DNA of 63,757 nt, filler included, from Octopus bimaculoides (taxonomy: Eukaryota): assembly GCF_001194135.2 (NCBI RefSeq). It is 7 parts of 6 records of this genome, joined end to end, with 100 filler letters (N's around TTAATTAATTAA, not from the genome) between each part and the next. Parts side by side here need not be neighbours in the genome. Positions count along the whole stretch, not along the records: positions 32,062 to 53,431 come from NC_069001.1; 6 more parts are not named here. One strand, written 5' to 3'. How positions within the stretch are numbered: position 1 is the first letter of the stretch; the number at the start of each line of letters is the position of its first letter. The position numbers were made by a program, and so were the translations under genes. Of this stretch, positions 37,981 through 49,794 are shown one piece after another. The notes under the pieces were generated by a model. That model ran no database searches, was not told the origin of the DNA, and saw nothing but the letters and a program-made list of their open reading frames with translations.

Positions 37981-38999
37981 TGAACTTGTGTTAAATAGCT
38001 TCTTCCCATCTCTCGTTTTCTTTTTCTTTTATCTAGTTTCTCTCTCTCTCTCTGTCCTTGTGAATGCAAGGACCAAAGCTACTTTGGCATAATAGTGACA
38101 ATCACGAAATTTTAAATACCTCTAACACGGGAGAAATAAACTAGGCGAAAATAATAAACCTCTACAATATGAAAAACAATTACAGCGTCGAAGACACATA
38201 ACGGCTATTCAAAAACGTTCAATAAATGTTAACTTCATATAAGGTTTATTATTTGCTCTTTAGTGGTATCGATTGCTACCTGGCCACTGACACAATTTCA
38301 CTGCAATACCAAGGGTGAGTTGCTGTGGAAAATTTGTTGTCCGTAAATGGTCAGTCTATTTCATAACAATGAAACAAGCATTCGAGATACACCAAATAAT
38401 CCAAAGTAAAATAGAAAGTCCCTCAAAAAATTCCTCAGAAGCGCTAAATTATCTTCCACAATTCCTACACCGACACTCAAAAAGTGTGGCCGCCCCATTA
38501 ACCTTATTGAAGATACAATACACAAATTTCGTCCTTGTGTCTGTGTTTGTGTTTCTCCGGTTGACAACAGGGTTTGGTTCGTTTCCGTTCCCACAACTTT
38601 GTGCTTCAGTAAAAGAGAGTGACAGAATAAGTACCGGACCTCGAAAATAAGTTCAGAGTCGACTTGTCCGACTAAACACCTCAAAGATGGTGTCTCAACA
38701 TAGGCGCAGTCCAGTGACCGAAATAAGTAATAGTAGATAAAAGACAAAATAGGCTAGAATATATTTCAATAATAGATGAGCCAACAAGAGAGCCTCAACC
38801 TGCTACAACTAGCAACGAAACATATTTCAAATTACATCACAATATCTGCAATAGATGTTACATGCAACGAGCTAGAGAAGGGGCCTTATTGAAGATACAA
38901 TACACAAATTCAAATCAGGTCAGATTTTACCTTAAGAACTCACATTACATGTTCTTCAAGAAATCTAACATACGCTCTGAAATGTCCAGGATGCCTAAG

Positions 39000-39063
39000 G
39001 TGTGTCCGAGGTCTAACGTGTGTCCGAGGTCTAACGTGTGTCCGAGGTCTAACGTGTGTCCGA
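39000..39063. repeat. Perfect 18-bp tandem repeat, 3.5 copies
   Basis: (gtgtgtccgaggtctaac)x3 plus gtgtgtccga. Confidence 0.95.
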
Positions 39064-39176
39064 AGCCAAATAATTTATCCATCACAAGCATGGAAACAAT
39101 TGATGATGCCGTTTACGCGTGAAAAGCGAACACACACATCTCTATTTCATATATATTAGATATGTGTGTGTGCGAG

Positions 39177-39229
<53 letters not shown>

Positions 39230-40549
39230 NNNNNNNNNNNNNNNNNNNNNNNNNNNNNNNNNNNNNNNNNNNNNNNNNNNNNNNNNNNNNNNNNNNNNNN
39301 NNNNNNNNNNNNNNNNNNNNNNNNNNNNNNNNNNNNNNNNNNNNNNNNNNNNNNNNNNNNNNNNNNNNNNNNNNNNNNNNNNNNNNNNNNNNNNNNNNNN
39401 NNNNNNNNNNNNNNNNNNNNNNNNNNNNNNNNNNNNNNNNNNNNNNNNNNNNNNNNNNNNNNNNNNNNNNNNNNNNNNNNNNNNNNNNNNNNNNNNNNNN
39501 NNNNNNNNNNNNNNNNNNNNNNNNNNNNNNNNNNNNNNNNNNNNNNNNNNNNNNNNNNNNNNNNNNNNNNNNNNNNNNNNNNNNNNNNNNNNNNNNNNNN
39601 NNNNNNNNNNNNNNNNNNNNNNNNNNNNNNNNNNNNNNNNNNNNNNNNNNNNNNNNNNNNNNNNNNNNNNNNNNNNNNNNNNNNNNNNNNNNNNNNNNNN
39701 NNNNNNNNNNNNNTCTGATTTAAGCATCAGATTCAGAGAGTTTAAGAGGCCATAGATTTGGATTTCAAGTGTGCTTCACATTTGTGACATCCACTATATT
39801 ATTTTATAAAATACAGATTTATGTGACTCTAATTAATCTGTTTCTATTTGTACGCGTTGTATGCTCTCAACCCATTCATTTGAATTACAAATACCTGCTA
39901 GCCAAGAGGTGTTCTTGAAGTTTATTTGAAATTTACGATATTTCAAGATCGATAATGTAGTACACCAACCACTTTCTTCCTTTCAATCTCTCTCTCTACG
40001 CCTCTCTCTCTCTCTCTTCCTCTCATCCAGTTATCCTTTCTCACTATCTCTCAGCATCTCCCGATCTACTCCCTCCATCTATCCTTCTCTTTGCCACTAC
40101 TTCTCTTTCTCTCTTAGGTCCGCTCTTGCTCACTTTCTATTCCACCATTTGAATCATTCGTTTTCATTGGCAATGTTAAATATCCGGTGACATTCTAGAT
40201 TCTCAAATAGGATATATAACACAATGCGATTTGATATCATGCCCATGAGATATTTTCTATACAGTTAATTTATAAGAATTATATGGAAATTAACTCCGTA
40301 ATATACAAACATATTCGCAAACACACTCACATACAAATATATACATACATATATACATATATGTATGAATATATACAAAATACAAATATTTAATCATCAG
40401 CATAAATATATATATATGTATGTATATATATATGTATATATATATGTATGTATATATGTATGTATATATATATGTATGTATATATATATGTATATATATG
40501 TGTATATATATATGTATTATGATTGACCGTTGACTGAACACTATTCAAT

Positions 40550-40715
40550 TTTTTTTTCTCCGTGTTTTTCTCCTTGTCTCCGTATTCTTTCTGTTGAAGA
40601 GCGTAGCTCGAAACGTCAAAGACTTTCCGTATTCCCGAGCGTCATACTAATATATACTTTTGTTATTTACACCACCTATCCTCGTCTGTTGTTATTATTT
40701 GTATATTCTCCCATA
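40550..40715 (+). mobile_element. Penelope-like terminal repeat with minimal hammerhead-like motif (40586-40622)
   Basis: tcttt-ctgttga-a-gagc gta gctc-gaaacgtc-aaaga. Confidence 0.75.
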
Positions 40716-40803
40716 TATGTATATATATGTATATATATATGTATATATATATATGTATATATATATGTATGTATATATATATGTATGTATATATATATGT
40801 ATA

Positions 40804-40877
<74 letters not shown>

Positions 40878-41180
40878 TTATAATATGTGTGCGTGGGGGC
40901 ACGTTGTGTGTATGTGTGCGTGTGTGCATACCATAAATGTGTATTGTGAATAGGTGAATGTGTGTGCTTACATGCATGCACTCAAGTGTTGGGACGTAGG
41001 GAGAAGTAGTATAGAGAGAGAGAGTGGGGGAGAAAGAGACCGAGAGAGAGTGACAAAGGAAAAGGGAGAGAAAGCGCGAGAGAGAGAGAGAGAGAGAGAG
41101 AGATAAACAAGTGATAAATAGAGCTAAAGATAAGAAGCTAACTTTCGAATATCTATGTACGTATTTTTTTTTACCAAATT

Positions 41181-41370
41181 CTTTTATTTGTCTGTCATTT
41201 GACTGCGGCCATACTGGAGCACTACCTATAGTCGAAGAAATCGACTGCAGGACTTATACTTTGTAAGCCTAGTAATTATTTTATCGGTCTCTTTTGCCAA
41301 AACGCTAGTTATGGGTTCCTAAACACACCAATATCGGTTGTCAGACGATGTTGGTGAGGACAAACACACA
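41181..41370 (-). mobile_element. SINE family A, 3' part
   Basis: gtcatttgactgcggccatactggagcac...taagcctagta...atcggtctcttttgcc. Confidence 0.8.
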
Positions 41371-41638
41371 CAGAAGGGGAGGAGGAAGGGAAGGAATGAC
41401 AGAGAGAGAGAGAGAGAGAGAGTAAAAATGACGCAATACTTGAGAAGATTGTGTTACGTAAGTTTGATAAAGTTTCAACAGCCTGTGGGACCATTTCATC
41501 CATGTTAACAACGAACTGTACACATACAAATTATCTTAATCCAAACAACAATTAATTAATATAATTGATGTATTAGTTAATTAATTAGAGTGCTGCTGAA
41601 GTATTCGCCTGTAATCCCAAAGCCCCTGTTCACATTCA

Positions 41639-41672
<34 letters not shown>

Positions 41673-42748
41673 NNNNNNNNNNNNNNNNNNNNNNNNNNNN
41701 NNNNNNNNNNNNNNNNNNNNNNNNNNNNNNNNNNNNNNNNNNNNNNNNNNNNNNNNNNNNNNNNNNNNNNNNNNNNNNNNNNNNNNNNNNNNNNNNNNNN
41801 NNNNNNNNNNNNNNNNNNNNNNNNNNNNNNNNNNNNNNNNNNNNNNNNNNNNNNNNNNNNNNNNNNNNNNNNNNNNNNNNNNNNNNNNNNNNNNNNNNNN
41901 NNNNNNNNNNNNNNNNNNNNNNNNNNNNNNNNNNNNNNNNNNNNNNNNNNNNNNNNNNNNNNNNNNNNNNNNNNNNNNNNNNNNNNNNNNNNNNNNNNNN
42001 NNNNNNNNNNNNNNNNNNNNNNNNNNNNNNNNNNNNNNNNNNNNNNNNNNNNNNNNNNNNNNNNNNNNNNNNNNNNNNNNNNNNNNNNNNNNNNNNNNNN
42101 NNNNNNNNNNNNNNNNNNNNNNNNNNNNNNNNNNNNNNNNNNNNNNNNNNNNNNNNNNNNNNNNNNNNNNNNNNNNNNNNNNNNNNNNNNNNNNNNNNNN
42201 NNNNNNNNNNNNNNNNNNNNNNNNNNNNNNNNNNNNNNNNNNNNNNNNNNNNNNNNNNNNNNNNNNNNNNNNNNNNNNNNNNNNNNNNNNNNNNNNNNTT
42301 TATAGGAAAAATCCTGTAGAATAATTACAAGATAGCTAAATGTTGCTTAAGTGTCCCAGGATTTAAATCCGGGGTAGTAAGTCGTATGTAGGAGAAAATA
42401 GGAAAATTGAATAAGGAGGCGAACTCTCGGAATGTTGTTAATCCTTTTATAGTCTCTATATACCTTTGTGTTTTTTGTAGGCTTATAATGTTATATATTT
42501 ACACATATTAGAGTGTGTGTACGCGTGTGTGCATACTTTTTATAGGGCTTTCTATTTCTGTTAACATGTCTGTTTGATAAGATTGTTATCTGTATCCTTT
42601 TTGATGAGATCGATGCATTGCTGACCATAATTTATCCTGTCGGACATTTTGGAATGCATCCGTTGAAACATGTAGAAGAATTCAAGATATAAATGGTTTA
42701 ACAACAACCCGAGAGTTCGTCTTCTTAATCAATTTTCAAATATATATA

Positions 42749-43050
42749 TACACGAAGGTTAGCTGAAAAGTTCCTGTCTGTGGGCAAAAGTAAATACTGG
42801 AAGATTATTTAATTATAATTTTATCCAACATATTTCCATCTGAAATCCGCTTATTGAAGCGGAACTTCAGTCTTTGTCAGCCTTGTTAAAGGATTACGAA
42901 TTTTGGGCCGGCAACCAGGCTTTTCGCGATACACTTGAAACCAGGAAATTTTGAGCATCCCTTGACCAAGTTTGCATACATAAGGCTGATAATATCTTAA
43001 AACTAAGACGGTAGCTCCTTGAGTCGCATTCATTGTCTGATTACCTGAAA
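42749..43050. mobile_element. Probable mariner-derived non-autonomous remnant
   Basis: TA followed by cacgaaggttagctgaaaagttcc resembles mariner TIRs; a second TIR was not found. Confidence 0.4.
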
Positions 43051-43188
43051 CACATGTCTAAAAAAGTCGCACGATTCTACCGCAACGTATCATCAGGTGA
43101 AAGGATGAGCGTATATTAGCAGAGGACCATGTATGGATATGTTATTAGAAAGCTCAGCTATGATTGTAACATTAATCATACACACACT

Positions 43189-43242
<54 letters not shown>

Positions 43243-43694
43243 CACTTTTATTTTATCTTGTGTTTTAGATTTAAGTTTCCATCATTGTTTGAGAGCCTAA
43301 CCCTTTGTTTCACTGTCCCACTTCCATTTAAGTTCGACTCCAGGCAAAAGCATTCATCTCCCAAAACTCACAAATTCTAAATTCATTCCATTAAACAACG
43401 TTCCCACCTTGTGTTCCATATTTGTCTTCAACATGAGTCGTTTTTCCTTTATTTTCTATACATATAAACTCTTCTTTTGCAATTCTTCTATGATTCACTA
43501 GTTTCTCTTTCCTTCTGATAAAAGGCAATTGTCTGAAACGTGAAGAATCTCTCGTTTTCATTCAAGTGTTAAAATATTTTTAGTAAAATTTCTTCTTCCT
43601 ACATCGCTCCATTTTATATTGCCTTCAAAGCACAATGTTCTCCATGTGACACATACTTACCCCTACACACACACACACGCGCGCGCGCGCACAC

Positions 43695-43755
<61 letters not shown>

Positions 43756-43853
43756 CGCACGTACACTTAGCACAATCGCCCAACCGCCACATATATATGT
43801 ATATCATTTTATATTATTAANNNNNNNNNNTGTATATCATTTTATATTATTAA

Positions 43854-43884
<31 letters not shown>

Positions 43885-44959
43885 GTTTCGAAAGTAATAT
43901 TCTCTTGTCGATAATATCTGTTTCTCGTCGCACATATACATATATATATACATACATACATACATATATGCATACATACATATATGGATACATACACACA
44001 CACTCGCACATATAAATACACACACATGTATATATATTTATATACTAATATACACATGCACACATCTCGATGCATATGTGTGAATGAGCGTATATGTGCA
44101 TATCTGAGGAGAAAATATATCGGGTAGAGACATACATGAAATGTAATGCAACGACATGAAGATATGGCTCAGAATATGACATTAATATTATAAAACAATG
44201 TGATATATTGATATTGAAAATCTAAATATCCAATAAGCTGCGCTGAATGACCAAGAAATAAAGTGTTCAGTCAAAAGTTATATTATTTGAAATGGATAAA
44301 TTTAGCTAGAAATCAATATATTATGACATGAATGAGGAAAAAATAAAATGAGATTACATATGGTTCACAGTAAAAGTAGAGTACTAATTCGAGTGAAATT
44401 TCGTGATAATAACTCACACATACTCACAAACACACACACACTCACATACAAATACAACGTCACACGCGTGCGTGTACAGACACACAAATACAACACACAC
44501 ATATGTTATTTACATATATATATATACATAGATATATACACAGAGAGAGGAAGAGAGAAGGGAAAAGAGAGAGAGAGGAAGAGAGGGGGAAAAGAGAAAA
44601 AGAGGAGAGAGAGAGAGAGGGAAAAAGAGAGAGAGAAAGTGGCAGAGAACGAGGGTGTTATCTCCAAATTACATTAACTCACAAAGTCAAGCAAATAAGT
44701 TTAAAATAATATTACAGATAGAGGTATATAAACACATCTATTACATATGCCATGAAAATACACCATTATTATGGGTGTTGTTGTAATAATAATAATAATA
44801 ATTATTATTATTATTATTATTATTTACGTGCCACCGTCACCAGGGCCAGTCAGGCAGTACTGGCAACGGCCACGCTCAAAATGGTGTTTTTTAAAATCTA
44901 TTTTTCAGGTGGTACGTAAAAAACACCATTTAGTAGTCTGTACTGTTCCACCTTTGCTA

Positions 44960-45110
44960 GTTTTTTTCTTTTCATTCATGCGTGTATCTCCAGGTGTTGC
45001 AATATCAACAATCTTGGTTTTCTTTTTTTCTTTATCTACCACAACAGTATCTGGTCTCCGAGTTTCGATTAGTGAGTCTTATTGGATTGTAAGTTCCCGC
45101 AGTGTCTTAT
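44960..45110 (-). pseudogene. RLE-type LINE (R4/Dong-like) endonuclease fragment
   Basis: ELTIQ*DSLIETRRPDTVVVDKEKKKTKIVDIATPGD (RPD..D..P RLE motif). Confidence 0.75.
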
Positions 45111-45339
45111 AATCCTTGTTCTCGTTGACTCCTTCAGTTTCATGTTCGTACAGTTTTTCGTTTATTATAATTATTATTATTATTATTATTATTACAACCT
45201 TTGCCTGAGCTACCTACCTGCAACACGTCTCAGTTCTTTCACGCAGTTTAGCGACGCAATATTTTGCTCAACACATATGCTGTTCCGAAGATTGTTTGCA
45301 ACTGTGTACGTTCTTATAAAGTTTAGTGTTTCTGGCTTT

Positions 45340-45715
45340 TCATGCTAGAATATTACTTTCTTTGAGATATTCCCAAGTGCACCGATCACTTTTCAGGCTC
45401 TGTGGAGAGCATTTCACTTCCAATGCTAGGTCTGTCTTGGTACTTTCCGACTTTCTTGTTCTATGTCTTCCCAAAATTCTGGTCTGGATGTATTTCTAAG
45501 TTAATGAAGATCCATTCTTGCGACTCCTTCCGTAGGAGAGTGATATCTGATTGGTCATGTTGCGGCTTCTTATCTGTATAGATTGGTGTATCCCACATGA
45601 GTTTCAGCTGATCATTCTCCGTTACTTGCAAAGTTTGGTCCTCGTACCACTTGTTGGAACATTCATGCATGTACTTCCTGCACTACGATACATCAGGTGG
45701 CATATTACTGGTATT
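45340..45715 (-). pseudogene. Second RLE-type LINE (R4/Dong-like) fragment
   Basis: CRKYMHECSNKWYEDQTLQVTENDQLKLMWDTPIYTDKK...SDITLL; later VIGALGNIS. Confidence 0.75.
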
Positions 45716-45916
45716 TATTTAATCGAATACAATTCAACTTTAATATTCAAATCATCAAGACTACCATGAACACGACAGACAGTAAAACTATAATTTCGGG
45801 TTCAGGATTTCTAATCTCAGGAATGCTTACAAAAATTCCTCCATAGGTTTCGTCTTGAAATACTAAAGGTTACCAACAAACAAAACTTAATACAATCAAT
45901 ACAGTATCTTATACAG

Positions 45917-45949
45917 AATTCAATTGGACATAATTTGATTGATTCCGAG
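45917..45949 (+). CDS. Candidate 33-nt phase-0 micro-exon (NSIGHNLIDSE) of an unidentified host gene
   Basis: Flanked by ...tatcttatacAG and a consensus donor GAG|GTAAGT; open and a multiple of 3. No homology evidence. Confidence 0.2.
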
Positions 45950-46605
45950 GTAAGTGCTTAACAAAACAATCACTATTTCGACTAAAATCCAGATTGCAAA
46001 GTGCAAAAGCGTTTGGAATAAATTGGCTTAGTTGTCGTCTATTGTTAGCGGAATGAAGTAACAGCACACCGAGGTTACTTTTGAAGTGTTTTCGCAAATG
46101 TTCGGTTTATACAAGAGAGAAATTTCTCATTCAACTTTACTGAATACATAAATAGTAATGCGCACCTGAGAAATAATAGAGTTAATACACATTGAATGAC
46201 ATTTTGTAAGACGGACTTTAACAAACAAGAGATTAGCCATTCCCTGGAGGTTACAAGTAAAGTGAATGAGAATGAGAGGGATATAGATAGAGACGTAGAA
46301 AAGGAGAGACATAGAGAGAGTGGGAGAGAGAAAGAGAGAGAGTGTGAGAGCAGCAGAGAAGGAAAGAATGAAAAGAGAGGCAGGCAGATGGAGAACGAGT
46401 AGGAGAGAGGGAGAGATATATGTGTGTATAGCAAGATATATATACAACGAGACATAATTAAATACAGGTTTGTACAGAAACATATATAACGGTAAAATAT
46501 ATATAATCATACATCCGCGCTTCCACACAAAAATCACAGATACACAGGCATGCACATCTCCCTTTCTCTCTTCCTCTCTCTCTCTCTCTCTCTCTTTCTC
46601 TCTTC

Positions 46606-46650
<45 letters not shown>

Positions 46651-46726
46651 NNNNNNNNNNNNNNNNNNNNNNNNNNNNNNNNNNNNNNNNNNNNNNNNNN
46701 NNNNNNNNNNNNNNNNNNNNNNNNNN

Positions 46727-46799
<73 letters not shown>

Positions 46800-47453
46800 A
46801 TTTGCATAGCCAGATGTATGGCTGTTACAGTATGAGTTAGCTCACCCCACATATCATCATTATCCAATGTCTTTCCAATATGCTATTTACTCTGTCACTG
46901 TACCTAATAACGATCATCCGCTTTTTCTATCGCTGGGTTCTCTGTGAATGGGTCACACTTAACCAGGTCCTCATCCCCGCTAAGGATGGAGTTACAAAGT
47001 GTTTAGATATCCCGACGAATGTAGAGGGCTGGCATGACAGATGTACTATAGAAGGATTCACTCAAAACTATGACCGGGTCAGCGTCGGTCAGTTGCATTT
47101 TCATAACTGAACCATACATGTCTCATTCTATATGTAGAGCGGAGGAAGGTCATGAAATCAAGTGTGTGGGTCACGGCTTAGCAGGCTGAGGATTACCTTA
47201 AACAAATGCACGCCATTGGTATAAATAATTACGGATATGACGTACGTGCTTAGTGTATCTAATTATGATATACGAAGCATATTCAATAGGAATCTAGACT
47301 ACTCGTGACCCGTTGGTTCACCTGGAAAGTCTGACTTTCCCAGCAAACGGAGTTTTGTTTTGTAGGTTTTTTTCCGTATCCAGGTTATTTCGCATGCTTT
47401 CAACGAATGTGACATCGAAATCAAGAGTAAACGGCTCCTTTCTCCAGAAAATG

Positions 47454-47572
47454 AAAGATCTGGCTGCTATTTCTTGCACGCCCTGCTGTCACGTCGCAGG
47501 TATTTCGGATACTTTATAGTAAATAGCTATTACGTGGTCGCAGGGCGTACTAGAAATAGAAGCCAAATCTTT
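47454..47572. other. 41-bp-stem hairpin (34/41 matched arms, 37-nt loop)
   Basis: 47454-47494 versus the reverse complement of 47532-47572. Confidence 0.8.
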
Positions 47573-47673
47573 GGAGCTGAGATACGTTGAATAAACTCCA
47601 ATTTTTGTAATGGTATTCCCTTGGGGCGACATTTCGCTTTGACTATCATAACTGTCGCTTTGATTCTCAGAAC

Positions 47674-47790
47674 TGTCAACCGGATCAGCAGGTTTTGTTC
47701 ATTAATTTCTGTAAAGTTTTTTTTAGTTATTTACTTTTCTTTTAAAGTGAAAGAGAGGAGAAAGTGAAAGATGTATGAACATATATATAT

Positions 47791-47846
<56 letters not shown>

Positions 47847-48197
47847 GTTACACATACATGAGAAAGCATACGTTCACTCACTCACTCACTCTCTCTCTTT
47901 TTCTCTCTCTCTCTCTCTCTCACACACACATGCACACGTATATACAAAAAGATGTACGCATATGTATTGATGTATGTACGTATACATGAAAACACACCTC
48001 TTCTCTCTGTCTCTCTAGTTATCTCTCTTTCTTTTACTCTCTTTCTTTTCTCTCTCTTCCCCCTCTCTCTCTCTCTTTCTCATATGTCCATATCATATAC
48101 ACGCACATACACCTTTCAATTTCTCCTCTCTTACATTTTAAAATACAAGTAAATAAATAATTTTCTTTTTACAGAAATTAACGAACTCCGGATGACA
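47674..48197. repeat. Diverged inverted duplication (arms 47674-47770 and 48113-48197) containing a 3' splice-acceptor-like sequence
   Basis: Both arms read ctttca(c/a)tttctcctctctt..ca.tttaaaa...aagtaaataa.taa...tttacagaaattaa(t/c)gaac...tccgg(t/a)tgaca. Confidence 0.75.
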
Positions 48198-49294
48198 AAC
48201 AAAAGATCGCCATTCACCTGAAAGCAATTAAAAAAAATCATTAAAATATAGTCTGTTTAAAGAAAGCTAAAATATAAATACTTACTCTACAAAAACTTAC
48301 ATTTTTGAAATCACATTCAGTTAAAAATATTTCTAAATGCTAAAAATATTGTGTACGTCAAAAAGTTGACGATTTCATTTTTTCGCAGCGAGTGCGAGAG
48401 AGTGTGTATATGTCACAGATAGCGGACGTGTGTTGATTGATGTGTGTTGATTGACACTCAATGACATTCATTATATGTATATATTCTGTATGTGTGTATG
48501 TGTGTTGACGTCACGGAAGCCGTGTATTACTTTCGTCGGGAAATATCAAGCAAAAACTGTGTTTAATCGTTTTCGTTAATAAATAGAGGTCCAAATATCA
48601 AAAATGTTTGTACTGCACAGCACAAGTTAAATATGAAAATAAGTATGAAAAAAAAAGATAAAATGTAGAGTTTTAGTATTATTAAGATTAGACAGAAGGG
48701 GTGCTTTACCCTTTCGCACATATACATGGGCCTGCGTATGTAATAGTAATCACTCACGAACTGCTACATATAAGTCACAAAAAGCGCAGAAATATCAATT
48801 ATAGGTAATTATATGGAAATCAACTTCATGAAATTAGTTTCTCGTGAAGATTTTGAAAAAAGAAAGTATGAATCATTTTGACATATAGCATGTAAAACAA
48901 GGTGATTAGTAATAACGTATTATTTTATAGATTTCTTTCTTGACATAATTTTATTTGTGCGACACAACATATCACAATGTGGGTCGCGTAATTAATTTCC
49001 TGTGTGTTTTTAACGTAAAGTTGTCACTTCAACTTACATACAAAATCAATAAGGACGGCAGAATGAAAAGAAAAACAAAAAGCGATTTCACACGTCAAGA
49101 AAAGAATAATGGAATTTTTGCTGTTTTTATGCAGGTGCTTTTTTTACGCGACTTAAGTTGATCTTTTAGTATATAAGTTCTACAGATACGCACACGTGTG
49201 TGTGTCACAGCATGTAAAAACGCATATGAATAAATGTTTATTATATATATGTATATATGTATTATATATATGTATGTCTCTCTCTCCCTCTATG

Positions 49295-49337
<43 letters not shown>

Positions 49338-49400
49338 ATATGTATATATACACATATTTGTGTGTGTGTCTGCGTTTGTGTGCATGTATCTGTGACTGAT

Positions 49401-49794
49401 AAGAAGCTTGCTTCCCAACCACATGGTTCTAGGTTCATTTCCACTGCGTGGCACCTTGGGCAGGTGTCTCCTATTATGGCCTTTGGCCAACCAAAGCCTA
49501 ATGAACGGATTTGTTAGATGAAAACTGAAAAAAGTCCATTGTATATGTGCGTGTGTATACGTTTGTGTGTGTAAGCGTGTGTTTGTGTGTATGTTCGTCT
49601 CCTACTACCGCTTGACAACCGGTGCTGGTGTGTTTCCGTTCTAGTTGTCAAGCAGTTCGGCTCAGAGACCGATAGACTAAGTACTAGGCATAAGAAAGGA
49701 GTACAGGGGTCGGTTTATTCAGCTAAAAATTATTCATGGTGGTGCGCCAGCATGACAGCAATATAATGATTAAAACAGATAAAAGATAAAAGAT
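49401..49794 (+). mobile_element. SINE family A, near full length
   Basis: aagaagcttgcttcccaaccacatggttc...gcaccttgggcaggtgtc...(aaagata)n tail. Confidence 0.8.
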
